The notes: generated by a model not told the origin, from the letters alone. A stretch of DNA of 63,460 nucleotides, filler included, from Folioceros fuciformis (GCA_049999805.1; 9 parts of 9 records of this genome joined end to end with filler, not necessarily neighbours in it); one strand, 5' to 3'. Positions 1 to 12,775 are shown, numbered from the whole stretch's first letter. Numbers and translations: made by a program.

Positions 1-513
1 GGGGCGGGGGAGTGAGTTTGAGGAAAGAAGATTAAGGTCTGCGTTGTCGTAGGGGCAGCTTGGCTCTCGCAGTTTTTCTTGGAGGAAGGCCAGAGTTGAG
101 TCGATTCCTCCGGGCTTGGAGAGGTAGAACGCGTGCTGCTTGCTTTCTGACGGTTGGTGGAATCTGGACGCAAAGTCCAGACCGCGGGAATGGATTCTGG
201 TCTGAGAGTAGATGGTGGCGAAGGATAATGTGGGGACGTTATTTCGCATGGGGCACGAATGCAGGGTGAAGTGAAGTCGAGGAGGACTATATCGTTTCTT
301 GATGGAGCGGAGACAGTCGAGTCCGGGACTGTGTAAAAGAAATTCAGGTGCATGAGCATGGATGCGGTGGGCGGGGAGTCTTTGGTTTTGTCCAAGATAG
401 GAGAAGAGATCTCCTGGCATTATTGGAAGGACTGATGAGAAGTTGGGTTTAGTGCACGCTCACCTGTTGCTGCTACTAATCCGAGTTCGTCTTTGTGGGT
501 CATTGATGGACAG

Positions 514-3500
514 AAGGGCAATGCGCGATTCTGGTCTCGATTTTTCTCCTCCTCGCGTCTCTGTGTACTGCGACATTGGAAGAAGGTGATTACCACGCAG
601 CCTTCCCCGAGAGGTCCTAGGCCTCAGTTCTTATTTTCCTAACTGGATATGATTCTTTATGCCGCAGGAAGTATCCTCATTCAGCTGATGCGAAGCTGGA
701 GGGTAAACTTTCAGTCTTGGATCCCTGCGGAAGACCCTTGCCAATGGGAGTGGCAAGGTGTGAGTTGTTTAGATGGTCATGTTGTCGGAATGTAAGCTCG
801 TCTTTCTTGACGGCTTGCTCTCCTGTTAGTCACTGAGCCCCGCTGGACACTTTGGCTCTCGGAATTGAATGGATAAAGTGCTTGGGTTTGCAGAAATCTC
901 ACCAATAAGGGTTTGAGAGGAGGAATCCCAAGTGCAATGGGCCAGCTCACGTACCTTACGACTCTAGACTTGAGCAATAATCTTGTGAACTTCACAACTG
1001 TTGGGCCCTGGAATACTCTTACGGGCAATCTACCTGATGAGCTGAGCAACTTGCAGTATTTGCAAGTCTTGTATGTCCTCCCCTTCTGTCCTTGTCCCTT
1101 TTCTTTGCTGTATTTGGAGTTCTGGTCCATCCAGCAGTTCATTTCCTTGCGGTCAGCGGCTCCTGTTGGCAGCCCTGCACTCACTGGTCGTCATCACTCT
1201 AAAGCAACGTTTCTTTATGCAGAAACCTGAACTACTTGGAGCTGAACATCCCATTCCCGGCTGTCGTCCTGAGACTACGGAACCTTATAACCCTGTACGG
1301 ACCTTACTCATTTGATGACACGTGTAGCTGGTGAGGTGTTGGATAGTGGCATTCACGGAGGGTGTGCCTGCAGAAACATGGGGAATGCGAATTTGAGTGG
1401 GACGTTGCCTGAAGAGCTTGGACGACTTTCAAAACTTCAGACGTTGTAAGATCAGTTGGACTACTGCTTATCTGTTCTGTGTGGTCATTGCTCTCGTCCT
1501 AACGGTAAACAGGTTACTGCAGGTGGTTAAGCAACAACAGCTTCCGAGGGGGAATTCCTTCAGCAATTGGAACACTACAGGATCTGTCAAGTTTGTACGC
1601 ACTCAAAACATGCTAACTACCACTAGCTCTCGTCAAACTTATACTCTTTCAAAATCTATAAAACAGCAGCTAGCTCGCATTAGAGGCTGTACTGATCTGC
1701 CAAAACACGTGTGGCTGCAGGAGTTTATCTTATATCCCATTCGATTCATCATTACCTGCAAACCTGGGGGACCTGTCTCAACTTACGTACATGTGAGAGA
1801 AACAGTCACCGAGGTAGCAAGTGTAGGGAGTCAATTCGTACTAAGGGTCAATGGTCACTGACAAGTGCCTCGATTGTATTCACATCAAGTTTGCTCTCTC
1901 CATGATTTATGCAGGAATATACATGACTCTGGAGTATGGGGTGGTCTCCCAGCTTCCTTTGGGCGACTGAAGAATCTGCAAAGATTGTATGCTGCCGGAC
2001 CCATTGGAGTGTTTCACCTCCTAGCATTATGAAGAGAGCTGCTGAGAGTCCAGTTGTACCTTGCTGAACGTAAGGCTAGAGTGTGGTTCTGTAATCAACA
2101 CGTGAAGTAGAGACTCTATTGATCATGGTGAAATTCGCGCTCTTTGTGGGCAGGCTGCTCTATGATAATCAGCTCACTGGATTCATCCCTGACCAATGGC
2201 AAGATATGACCAGCTTGAAGCAACTGTATGAAAGCTTCAATTCTCCCATTCAAGTCTTTTTAGCAGAAAAAGTTGATTGCATGTTTGTCTACATCATAGT
2301 GGATTTTGTCTGTTTGCCTGCCTGCTTGCCTAGGTCCCTGCAAAAGAACTATCTCTCAGGACTTGTTCCTTCATGGCTCTTCCGGCAACCAAATTTAACA
2401 GAACTGTAAGTCCGTTGCCAACAGTCCGTTTGAGAGCNNNNNNNNNNNNNNNNNNNNNNNNNNNNNNNNNNNNNNNNNNNNNNNNNNNNNNNNNNNNNNN
2501 NNNNNNNNNNNNNNNNNNNNNNNNNNNNNNNNNNNNNAGTTCGTCCTCCTCTTGGGTCACAGGAGGCTGCAGCAAAATCAGTTTCAAGGGGTTTTTCCCT
2601 CCTTCGTGGACGCTGGACATTTTGTAAAATTGTAAGTCCTGGTGTCTCAAGGTTTGATTGTAACTCAAGACTCAGGTTTCACTAGCCCTGGTAGCCTTCA
2701 GTGTCTTTATGTTGCTTGTGTTTCCGAAAATCACGCATCGTGTTTCTTGTTGGTTGTAGAGATCTTCAATGCAATTACTTCATTGGTCCTTTCCCAAATG
2801 TTTCACTGGATATGTAAAGTCTTCCGCCTTATCTTGAGGGGGTTTGCACCTTTGTTGGATTTCTATGTTGGAATCGCTTCTTCCTATTGTCCAAATGTTG
2901 TCGAGCTGTTGACCAGCGGTGCTCCAGTGTAACGAAAAGCTCATATACTTTATTATGGATCAGCAGTGTGGATGGCAACTGCTTCACAAATATCACCGAC
3001 AATGGAGCTGATAACTCGGGCCGAACTTGTCAAAGAAACCTTGCCTGCGATGCATTTCTGAAAACCTATCCGCCAGGTTGAAGTTCGCTCCATAAGAGTA
3101 GTCGCTTTGATTGAGTTGCTGTCTTTGATGCTGTGGATCCATCTGGGCTTTGCATTTTCTGAGAATCAAGAAAGCGGGGTGTGACTCTTATGCTGATCTG
3201 CTGCATCCTGATGGTTCACTTGCACGGGGGGTTCAGGGATTTGTGCCCCATGTCCCCCTTCGAGTTCGGTGCTTGTGGCAAATGCCAACTGTACTTGCAG
3301 TCCTCTCGGTATGTACACAGTTGCATCCGCTACCGCTTTTTTCAATCGTGAGAAGATGAGCCGAAGCTTTGTGATTCAACACTGATGGGTTTGCCACTGC
3401 AGAAGATTTCTCGCCAGGAGGATCATCGAAATCAAGAAGTTTCCCTGCTGCTCCAGTGCTGGGTGCTGCTTTAGCCGTAATAGTTATCCTGGGCCTGGCA

Positions 3501-5349
3501 ATTTCTTTCTTCCTGTGGCGAAGTCGTGGGGAGGCAGGTGCATTTGTGGATGTTTTCTCCACAAAGTCGACAAGAGAGAGCACTTATCTTGGTGGAGGTA
3601 AGCTCCTATATACTCCGTGGCAGCGTTCGCGTGATCTCTGATTACGAATAGCAAACTTGGTCTAACACTGCAACATGTGACAGAACCCGAAAACCTGCTG
3701 TGGGACATCCCTCAAGGTGTCCACAGATACACCTTCCAAACGCTGTCAAGGGCCACCAACAACTTCGATGCAAAGAACGAAATTGGAGTTGGGGGTTTCG
3801 GCAAGGTGTTCCTGGGTGCCTTTCCAAACGGTAAGCTGGTGGCAATAAAGAGAGCCTCCTCAACCAGTATGCAAGGGCTGCACGAGTTCCACAACGAAAT
3901 TGCTCTTCTCAGCCGGCTACATCATCGGCATCTTGTTCGTCTGGAGGGCTTTTGTGATGATCTAGGCCTGCAAGTAGGTATCGTGGAAACCTGTTTAGTT
4001 CTCCAATTTGCACCATGTTCCCTCTAACGTGGCACCTGTCACCAACTCCAGATACTTGTGTACGAGTTTGTAACGAACGGGAACCTGTTCTCGCTTCTGT
4101 TTGGTAAGATAAGTCGCCCTTTCTGCCTTTCCGACATGCATGTGTGGTGTAATCCCGTCCCTCTTCCTGATTGGCTTCGTTGTCACAGGGACGAGACTGG
4201 CAAAACCCTTGCACTGGTACAAGAGGCTGGAGATTGCAGTTGGCGTTGCGCAAGGCCTGGAGTATCTCCACTCGTACGCGGTACAATATTCTCACCTCTG
4301 CAAATCTTGATTGGCATCCTCCACAAGATCCTGATTTGTTTCCTGCTTGGCTTGTCCCGCAGGACCCTCCTGTCATCCACAGGGACGTGAAACCCAGCAA
4401 CATCTTGCTTGATGACAATTTCAACCCAAAGCTATCTGATTTTGGCATCTCAAGAGTGAACAAAGAGATCGACACTCACATCTCGACCAGGCCAGTTGGC
4501 ACGGCTGGGTAATCCTGCATCCCTTCCCTAATCTGGTCCTCAAACGCCTGCTACTTCTGGCTCAGTCTTTGGCGGTTGCTGCAGATACCTGGATCCGCAG
4601 TACTTCTTGCAGACGCAACTAACCGCGGCAAGCGATGTGTATGGCTTCGGGATGGTGTTGCTTGAGCTCGTTACTGGTCAGAAAGCCATAGACCATGAAC
4701 GAGAGAACGGATACAACCTAGTTGAATGGGTAAGTTACTTCTCTGGATGCCGCTTCCGGACCTAAGACAGGCGACTGAGTCGAGTCCACTAACCCAACCT
4801 GTCCCTGAATCTGGGTTGCAGGCAAGACCCAGATTCAGGAATGGTGGCATTGAAGCGATTGTAGACCCTGCATTTGAGGAGTACTCGCACGACGCCTTGT
4901 TCGCCATGGCTGATATCGCCATCAAGTGTACGGCATTTGAAAGACAAGAGCGGCCATCGATTAAGGTACGTACCTGAGAACCCCTCCTCTTGCATTTCCC
5001 ATGCCTGGCACGGACTCTGACCAACAGAAAATGCCAAGCTCCCTCCTTGCAGGTTGTACTTGGGGTTTTGGAGGCCCACATCCAACAGGTCCCGTCTCAG
5101 CTACCAACTCCAGTATCGTCTTTTTCTCTTCCCCCTGGAGAGAGCTTCACCGACATTCTTCGCTGGACAGAGTCTCCAGACGAACTCAGATGCTCCACAG
5201 ACCTCGAGAAAGCGCTGCTGTCCACAGCTGCGAACTTGGCTTCTTCTAGCGACGTCACAGAGAATGAAAACAGCGATCATCAGCAAGTGGGGAAATCACC
5301 TGTTCCCATTGTCGCCACCGGGATCAGTACATCACCAGATGCTGAGTGA
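514..5349 (+). CDS. Leucine-rich-repeat receptor-like Ser/Thr kinase (multi-exon; start codon not resolved; N-gap at 2438-2537)
   Basis: Signal-peptide-like [17 protein letters not shown], then LRRNT ([12 protein letters not shown]). Several 72-bp single-LRR exons (e.g. 1374-1445), TM segment [21 protein letters not shown] (~3456-3520), kinase motifs [41 protein letters not shown]. Stop at 5347-5349. Confidence 0.92.
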
Positions 5350-5530
5350 AGTTCTGTTGTTCGTCCGTTTTTAGGTGCCGCAGTTTCGTAGATTCAAGGT
5401 CTGTAGGACGGAGGTCGAAAACCTGCTGGTTACATATCACAATCCACAACTAGACGACTGGTAAACAATTGTCCTTCTCCGATAAAGTTGATAGTTTTTA
5501 TTTATATTTAAAATAATTTATTTAGAGAAA

Positions 5531-6347
5531 AAGTAACAACGCAAGTTTGAGTGCCAAGCAAGGAAGTTCAGTAGAGATACTAAGAGCATGGCAAGTAAGT
5601 TCAATGCATATGCATGTTTAGTAGAGCAGGTTACTAAGAGCATGAGAAGTATGTAGCCCTAAGAAAAAAGTGTGTGGTAGTGAATAATAGCTTAAGTCTT
5701 AAGTAAATGCTTAAGTAAGTAGATGCTAAGTTAGTGACTAGAGCTTGTTTATAAAAGGGGACCTAGCCAAGGGCTAAGGACAGTTCAGTACAGTGGAGTT
5801 GAGATCAGTATCTCCTCTAAGCCTTGAGAGCACTAGGTGCTTGGGCTATGCCTTGAGAGCATGTGTTGCTTGGGCTGTGAGAGCACATGAAAGGTGCTGT
5901 GAAGGAGCTGTGAGAGGAGGTCAAGAGAAGGGAGAGCTAAACTCCTAGCTTAGGCAAAGATGGGGAGTTCTCTTTAGCCCTCCAGCTGAAGGAGCTGTAA
6001 GAGGAGGTCAAGAGAAGGGAGAGCTAAACTCCTAGCTTAGGCAAAGATGGGGAGTTCTCTTTAGCTCTCCAGCTGAAGGAGCTGTGAGAGGAGGTCAAGA
6101 GAAGGGAGAGCTAAACTCCTAGCTTAGGCAAAGATGGGGAGTTCTCTTTAGCCCTCCAGCTCTGTATGTTCTTGTTGACTCGTGATTTGAATAAAGAGCA
6201 GCAGCAAGGGTGCTGGCTGCGAGTCCTCCTAGAAGAGGAGGGCGGGCTACTTGGAGGCCTAGTGCTGTGTTCGGTGTTTAAAACTGACCCTTGCTTTGGC
6301 TTCTAACTGCGTGGTTCTGCCCCACCCCGTTGAAGGGGGTGTTACTT
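5531..6347 (+). repeat. 5' LTR
   Basis: Near-identical to 10991-11481. Begins AAGTAACA and ends TGTTACTT, immediately before the PBS. Confidence 0.9.
5901..6161 (+). repeat. 3 x 87-bp tandem repeat inside the 5' LTR
   Basis: Unit GAAGGAGCTGTGAGAGGAGG...CCCTCCAGCT starts at 5901, 5988 and 6075. Only one copy is present in the 3' LTR (~11327-11413). Confidence 0.95.
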
Positions 6348-6349
6348 GT

Positions 6350-6361
6350 TGGTATCAGAGC
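6350..6361 (+). promoter_or_regulatory. Primer binding site complementary to initiator tRNA-Met
   Basis: TGGTATCAGAGC directly after the LTR end. Confidence 0.92.
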
Positions 6362-6399
6362 ATAGGTTGAAGCATCCTTGACTAGTACGCTGGTTAACG

Positions 6400-7515
6400 A
6401 TGGCAGATCCTGCTGAGCCAGGTAGAGCACAAAGGGTACGCCGCAGGAAGGATAAGGCCCCGCTTACCGAAGCCGTTATGGAAGAGCCACAAGCGGATCC
6501 TCAAGTCGTGAGAACGGCGGAGGAAGGAACTTCGGAGCAAAGGACCGGTACCACCATAGAGGACCAACTCCAAAAAATCATGAGGAGACTTGATGCTCTA
6601 GATCAAGAGATCAAAGGCAAACGTAGGCTCGTTGAAGAAGAGCCAGAAGAAGTGGAGCCCGAGCCTGAGATCAGTGCTCCTAAGAAGGCCAAGAAGTTGA
6701 GATTGAGTGTTCCTGTGCCTAAGAGTTATAAGGGCGAGCATGACGTAGAGAAAATCAGTTCTTGGTTTTTCTCTTTGGAAGCGTACTTGGAATCATGCGG
6801 AGTGCCACAAGACGAGTACTTGAAGCACGTCACGAACTTCTTGGACGAGTATGCTCTTACTTGGTGGAGGACTTACGTAGAGAACGTAAGGCAAGGCAAT
6901 CGTAGAGCAACAATCTTCACATGGGCAGACTTCAAGGAAGCGCTGCAACTCCGTTTCCGACCAGCTAATGCTGCGAGTTTAGCGCGAAGGATGCTCGACA
7001 ATGTCAAGCATACTGGAACTTTGCGGGAGTATGTGAGTGAATTCAGCTCTATTGTCTTGCAATGTCCTGAGATGCATGAGCAGGACAAACTCCACAAGTT
7101 TACTACGGGCCTTAAGAGATGGGCTCAAAACAGGATTGCATTGACTAATCCTCAGACGTTGCAAGAGGCTATGGCAGCAGCAGATGCCATACCGGACATG
7201 TTTGTCCAGGAGGCTCCAATCTCGAGGGGGAGATATCCTAGATCTCAGGGTAGATCTAGAGGCAGAGGACGAGCCACCACCACTGGGAACAGTGCAACTA
7301 CTGAGACTATTGCCAGAAGCCGGGGTAGAGGTGATAACAGGAGTCGTGGAAGACGACGTGTAGCACCTACCTCTGGTGTATGTTATAGTTGTGGAGAGCA
7401 GGGACATTTTGCTAGAAATTGTCCACATGCAGGAGCTCCCAATTTGAATCTAGTGGCTGCAAATCCACCTGTTCCTAGAGCCAAGATCCAAGAGCTCCCT
7501 GAAGAGTCTAGGTGA
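6400..7515 (+). CDS. gag: Retrotransposon gag (intact ORF, 371 aa)
   Basis: Retrotrans_gag-like core (ALTWWR..TWADFKEALQLRF, LREYVSEF) and zinc knuckle CYSCGEQGHFARNC. Confidence 0.92.
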   Translation: MADPAEPGRAQRVRRRKDKAPLTEAVMEEPQADPQVVRTAEEGTSEQRTGTTIEDQLQKIMRRLDALDQEIKGKRRLVEEEPEEVEPEPEISAPKKAKKLRLSVPVPKSYKGEHDVEKISSWFFSLEAYLESCGVPQDEYLKHVTNFLDEYALTWWRTYVENVRQGNRRATIFTWADFKEALQLRFRPANAASLARRMLDNVKHTGTLREYVSEFSSIVLQCPEMHEQDKLHKFTTGLKRWAQNRIALTNPQTLQEAMAAADAIPDMFVQEAPISRGRYPRSQGRSRGRGRATTTGNSATTETIARSRGRGDNRSRGRRRVAPTSGVCYSCGEQGHFARNCPHAGAPNLNLVAANPPVPRAKIQELPEESR

Positions 7516-10500
7516 CGCCGGGGGCCACATGTTGTAAGAACATGTGGTGAGTCATCGAGTGTCAAGGATGACACTATTTCCAGGGAGGGTGGAGACTTGA
7601 TGTATATATGTGGCAAGATCAATGGCTTGGATGTTGAGCTATTCTTAGATTCTGCAGCCACCCATAATTTTGTGACTCCACGTAAGGCAAGAGGGCTTGG
7701 CCTTGATTGGACTGAAACTTCCACGCCATATAGAATCAAGCAAGCTAAAGGAACTCTGTAATTTCTGGGTGAATTGCATGGAGTAAAGCTGCAAGTTGAT
7801 GCGTGGCAAGGAAGTGTGAGTTTTACAGTCGTGGAGATGGATGACCATGATATCATTCTAGGTCTGGAGTGGTTGAGATCTAATGAAGTGCAAATGGATG
7901 TTAAGTCACGCACTATCGAGATATCCAGAAAGCACAAAGTGAGTTGTGCTAGCAGTAACCAGAGGCTTGAGAGCGTATCAGTTTAGCTAATTACAAAAAG
8001 AGAGCTTAAGAAAGACCTCGGGAAAAAGAAGGAGTTATACTTGCTTGTTTAAGAAAGACCTCGGGAAAAAGAAGGAGTTATACTTGCTTGTACTCCAAGG
8101 ACTAGAGGATGGTCTGGAAGAAGATTCCACAGAGGAGAAGGACATCCCAAAAGACGTACAAGTTGTACTAGATGAGTTTAAGGACTTGATGCCAGATGAG
8201 TTGCCACCATTGCCATCTCGCACAGTTGTGGATCATGAAATTGAGTTGAGGCCAGGGAGTACACCTCCTTCGAGAGCACCATATAGATTGTTACAAGATG
8301 AGTTGCAAGAACTCAAGCGACAACTATCCAACTTGTTGGCAAAGGCATATGTCAGAGTTTCTAAGTCTCCCTTTGGTGCGCCTGTGTTATTCACGCGCAA
8401 AAAGAATGGAGGACTTAGATTGTGTCTGGATTACATAGCTTTGAACCAGATCACAATCAAGAATGCATATCCTTTGCCGAGAATGGACGGCATGTTTGAC
8501 AGGTTCAAGGGTGCCAAGTATTTCACCAAGCTAGACTTGATGGGAGGGTACTATCAGATTAGGATTGTTGAGGGGCATGAGTACAAAACAACATGTAGAA
8601 CAAGGTATGGATCTTTTGAGTTCCTTGTCATGCCATTTGGACTTACTAACGCACCTGCTACATTTCAGACTCTTATGAATACTATATTCATAGATCTGGT
8701 GGACAAGTGTGTTGTAATCTATCTGGATGACATTTTGATCTATAGTCATACCTTGGAGGAACATGTTGAACACTTGAGGAAAGTGTTACAGAAACTAAGA
8801 GAGAATTCTTTGTTCTCGGCAATCAAGAAGTGTGACTTTGTCAAGACAGAGATTTTATTCTTAGGTTTCATTGTCTCTGCCGAGGGCATCAGGATGGATC
8901 ATGATAAAGTTAAGGCCATTTAGGATTCGCAGTCCCCTCGAAATATTCATGAGGTGCGAAGTTTTATGGGTTTGGCTTCTGTGGTCAGGAAGTTTGTACA
9001 TATGTTTGTTAAGATAGCAGCCCCCATAACTGACCTCTTGAAGACAGCAAAAGCTTGGAAATGGGATACTGAGTGTCAAGCAGCCTTTGAATGCTTGAAG
9101 AAGAAGTTGAGCACGACTCCGGTGTTGGGAATGTATGACCCCAGGAAAGATGTGGAAGTGTTTTGTGATGCCTCAGATGTGGCTATAGGTGGAGTTTTGA
9201 TGCAAGACCAAAAGCCGTTAGCTTTTGAGTCAAGGAAGTTGCATCCTTATGAGAGGAAGTATCCCACTTATGAGAAGGAAATGACTGCTGTCATCCACTA
9301 TCTAAAGGCTTGGAGACACTATCTCTTGGGTAGGTCTTTTGTGCTGTATGCTGATAATATCAGCACAATGTACTTCTCAAACCAGTTGAAGTTGAATGCG
9401 AAGCAAGCTAGATGGCAAGATTTCCTAGCTATGTATGACGTGACTCTTAGATATAAACCTGGAAAAGAGAATAAGGTTGTAGATGCGCTGAGCCGCAAGC
9501 AGAGTCAAGACGTGAAAGCAATGGCAACTGTGATTGAACCTTTGGATGCTCACAAACAGATAAAAGAAGCTTATCTGCAAGATCCTGGATGAATGGGGTG
9601 GCAGAGAAAGGAAGCAAGTTCAAACTCAGATGGTTTGTTGATATACAAACAGAAGAGAGTTGTGATCCCTAACTCTGTACGCTTGAAGAGGAAATTGCTT
9701 GCTGAGTGTCATGATGTGCCAAGTGCTGGTCACCGTGGAGGTGATTCAACTTATGAGAAGTTGAGGAAATTGTTCTATTGGCAAGGAATGTATCAAGATA
9801 CATTAGACTATGTCAAAGCATGTGCTGTTTGTCAGCAGGACAAGGTTGAGTAGGCTAAGCCGAGAGGTTTGTTACAGCCCCTACCTATCCCAAGAAGCCC
9901 CTACCTATCCCAATGGACTTCATCATGCCCTTGCCTCCTAGTAATGGATTTACAGCTATCATGATAGTGGTTGATAGATTCATCAGACAAGCACACTTCA
10001 TCCCCACCAAGAAGCGAGTGACCACTTCTGAGGTAGCAAACTTGTTCAAAAAGTATGTGTACAACTATCATGGCTTGCCCGTACAGATTGTGAGCGATAG
10101 AGATCCAAGATTCATAGGAGAGTTCTGGCAGCACTTGATGGGGAGTTTGAATGTGCAGCTATGCATGAGTACTACATACCATCCAGATACTGATGGATTA
10201 ACTGAGCGAGTCAACTGAATCCAAGAAGAATATTTGAGGCACTATGTGTTAATTGATCAGAGAGATTGGGCTGATCCTCTTGTTGATGCGGAGTTTTGTT
10301 ACAATAACACAGTACATAGCTCCTTAGGATGTAGTCCCTTTGAGATGAGTGGAAATTCAGCTTTGGATGTGGTATCCATGCTAAATGCTGAAGTTTTCGA
10401 CACTACCACTAGAGATCCACGCCAATTTGTTGAGCAATTGAAGGCTAGGCATGAGATTGCCCAAAAAATATTAGCCAAGGCTCAAGCACGTCAAAAAACA

Positions 10501-10961
10501 TATGCTGATAAGCACAGGAGAGAAACTGTCTTCAATGTTGGGGATAAAGTTTGGGTGAAACTGAAGCATTTCACACTACCCCAAGGATTGTCTTTAAAGT
10601 TGAGACCAAAGTATGGAGGTCCATATGTTGTCTTGAAGCGCATTGGAGAAGTGGCTTACAAGTTGGACTTGCCTGATTGGATTTTTGCACACAATGTGTT
10701 TCATGTATCTATGTTGAAACCATTTGTGCTAGGCAAAGAGAAAGAGGATATGGACAGGAAGAAGTACAGTATTCTGGTGCAGATGATCAAGGACTGCAGG
10801 AGATTGAGGAATTCCTTGCAGAAGGTAGCGTGGCTACGAGACGTGGAACTCTACCACAATATATGGTAAAGTTGCGTGGGATCTCAACACCAGTTTGGGT
10901 AACATTAGAGGATATCCAGAGAGGCTCCTTGATGATTGCTCGTTACACTGGTTATCACTGA
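7516..10961 (+). pseudogene. pol: Retrotransposon pol (PR-RT-RH-IN-chromodomain) disrupted by stops and frameshifts
   Basis: ORF fragments 7774-7986, 8045-8923, 8954-9592, 9593-9853, 9913-10218, 10234-10869 and 10677-10961. A 43-bp tandem duplication (8006-8048/8049-8091) shifts the frame. The C-terminal EIEEFL..QYMVKLRG..PVWVTLEDI resembles a chromodomain. Confidence 0.92.
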
Positions 10962-10990
10962 GGGCAGTGATTCTTTCCTAGTGGGGGAGG

Positions 10991-11481
10991 AAGTAACAAC
11001 GCTAGTTTGAGTGCCAAGCAAGTAAGCTCCATGCAGAGGCATGTTTAGTAGAGCAGGTTACTAAGAGCATGAGAAGCATGCAGCCCTAGGAAAAAGTGTG
11101 TGGTAGTGAATAATAGCTTAAGGCTTAAGTAAATGCTTAAGTAAGTAGTTGCTAAGTTAGTGACTAGAGCTTGTGTATAAAAGGGGACCTAGCCAAGGGC
11201 TAAGGACAGTTCAGTACAGTGGAGTTGAGATCAGTATCTCCTCTAAGCCTTGAGAGCATTGGGTGCTTGGGCTATGCCTTGAGAGCATGTGTTGCTTGGG
11301 CTGTGAGAGCACATGAAAGGTGCTGTGAAGGAGCTGTGGGAGGAGGTCAAGAGAAGGGAGAGCTAAACTCCTAGCTTATGCAAAGACGGGGAGTTCTCTC
11401 TAGCCCTCCAGCTCTATATGTTCTTGTTGACTCATGATTTGAATAAAGAGCAGCAGCAAGGGTGCTGGCTGCGAGTCCTCC
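10991..11481 (+). repeat. 3' LTR (truncated by assembly gap)
   Basis: Follows the PPT and aligns to the 5' LTR from AAGTAACAAC onward. Confidence 0.92.
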
Positions 11482-11525
11482 NNNNNNNNNNNNNNNNNNN
11501 NNNNNNNNNNNNNNNNNNNNNNNNN

Positions 11526-11537
11526 TTAATTAATTAA
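11526..11537. other. Assembly linker TTAATTAATTAA inside N-runs (also ~21232, 35063, 36456, 38095, 54930, 59631, 61338)
   Basis: Identical 12-mer with stops in all six frames, always flanked by ~44 N. Artificial contig joiner. Confidence 0.97.
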
Positions 11538-11849
11538 NNNNNNNNNNNNNNNNNNNNNNNNNNNNNNNNNNNNNNNNNNNNAAGATCATACCCTTCCTCG
11601 TCGGTGCGTTCATGCTTGATCTCGGCTTTATAGGCTTGGCCTCCGGCAGATTTGCAATCCGGATGCGAGACAGTATAGAACAAAACAAGGATTCGGAAGA
11701 AGCCGAGGACCTGGATGTCCCCAAATCCAGGCTGGCCATTCGGAGGAATAGGGTCAGCAGAGGACGCTCCAAACAAGGATTCAAGAGACTAAGTTCCCCG
11801 GTGTAGGTCGCGTCTTGCCGGTTTATGCGGTGTCGGGTGGACGGAGAGC

Positions 11850-12302
11850 ATCTTGTTGTAGGACATCCAAAGGATTTGTGCGATAGTGTGATAGTAGAAC
11901 CTGAAGAAATACTGATCACGATAAGATTCATACCTGTACCTATCGAGGTATGTATCATTGAGTTAGCTAGCACTAGGCGGCGTCAATTATTGTGGCTAGC
12001 ACTAGGCGGCATCAATTATTGTGGCTAGCACTAGGCGGCGTCAATTATTGTGGCTAGCNNNNNNNNNNTCAATTATTGTGGCTAGCACTAGGCGGCGTCA
12101 ATTATTGTGGCTAGCACTAGGCGGTGTCAATTATTGTGGCTAGCACTAGGCGGCATCAATTATTGTGGCCAAAGAACATTTGAAAGATACTTCCAGTACT
12201 TGCCTTGTAGGAGCTTGTCTTCACATTTGTGCACAATAGACATGGCTTCAATGCAAAACAAGTACGAATGAATTATGATAAGATAAGATAAGATACATGG
12301 AT
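11850..12302 (+). repeat. Left arm of a long inverted repeat (partner 20202-20469)
   Basis: TAGGACATCCAAAGGATTTGTGCGATAG...CCTTGTAGGAGC...GATACATGGAT matches the reverse complement of 20202-20469. Confidence 0.85.
11966..12169 (+). repeat. ~7 x 29-bp minisatellite
   Basis: Unit GCTAGCACTAGGCGGCGTCAATTATTGTG repeated head-to-tail with no spacers; a short N gap lies inside it. Confidence 0.95.
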
Positions 12303-12597
12303 TATAGTAACACAAATGGAATGGATTAGGGCCATGGATGCAAACATTGACTTTCTTTTGTGTTTTTAATATTTATTAGATTTAGTGACCAAGATCGCAA
12401 AAAAGCATTGTTCCTGTTCGGTACAAGACCAAGCGTAGCCAGGCTAGGTGGTTCCTAGCAGGCTAGATGGTCTTAGGGATGGAGGCACCGTTTCCACTAG
12501 GTTTGTACTAACCAAAAGATGCATTGGGATTGGTCTAACTTGTTTCATGTGCATTCCACTAGGTTTGTACCACAAACATGACTCGTACCAAGTGGCA

Positions 12598-12599
12598 CA

Positions 12600-12677
<78 letters not shown>

Positions 12678-12775
12678 GATATGTATATGCATATAGATAT
12701 GTATATATATATATATATGTATATGTATATGTATATATATATGTATATGTATATGTATATATATATATGTATGTA
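12598..12775. repeat. (ATATGT)n / (AT)n microsatellite
   Basis: Direct reading. It generates the spurious HI/YV/MY ORFs in the track. Confidence 0.97.

Larger units (their letters stand above)
5531..11481 (+). mobile_element. Ty3/gypsy LTR retrotransposon, chromovirus-like, degenerate (3' LTR cut by gap)
   Basis: LTR pair (5531-6347; 10991->11481), PBS, gag with CCHC knuckle, protease LFLDSAATHNF, RT YLDD, RNase H (CDAS), integrase (HDVPSAGH..CAVC, DRDPRF), chromodomain-like C-terminus, PPT GTGGGGGAGG at 10981-10990. Confidence 0.95.

Noticed and set aside
11526-11537. Recurrent TTAATTAATTAA palindrome as a biological motif
   Set aside because: Always embedded in N-runs of the same length; assembly linker.
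11966-12169. 29-bp repeats as a CRISPR array
   Set aside because: Units are head-to-tail with no unique spacers, there are no cas genes, and the context is eukaryotic.
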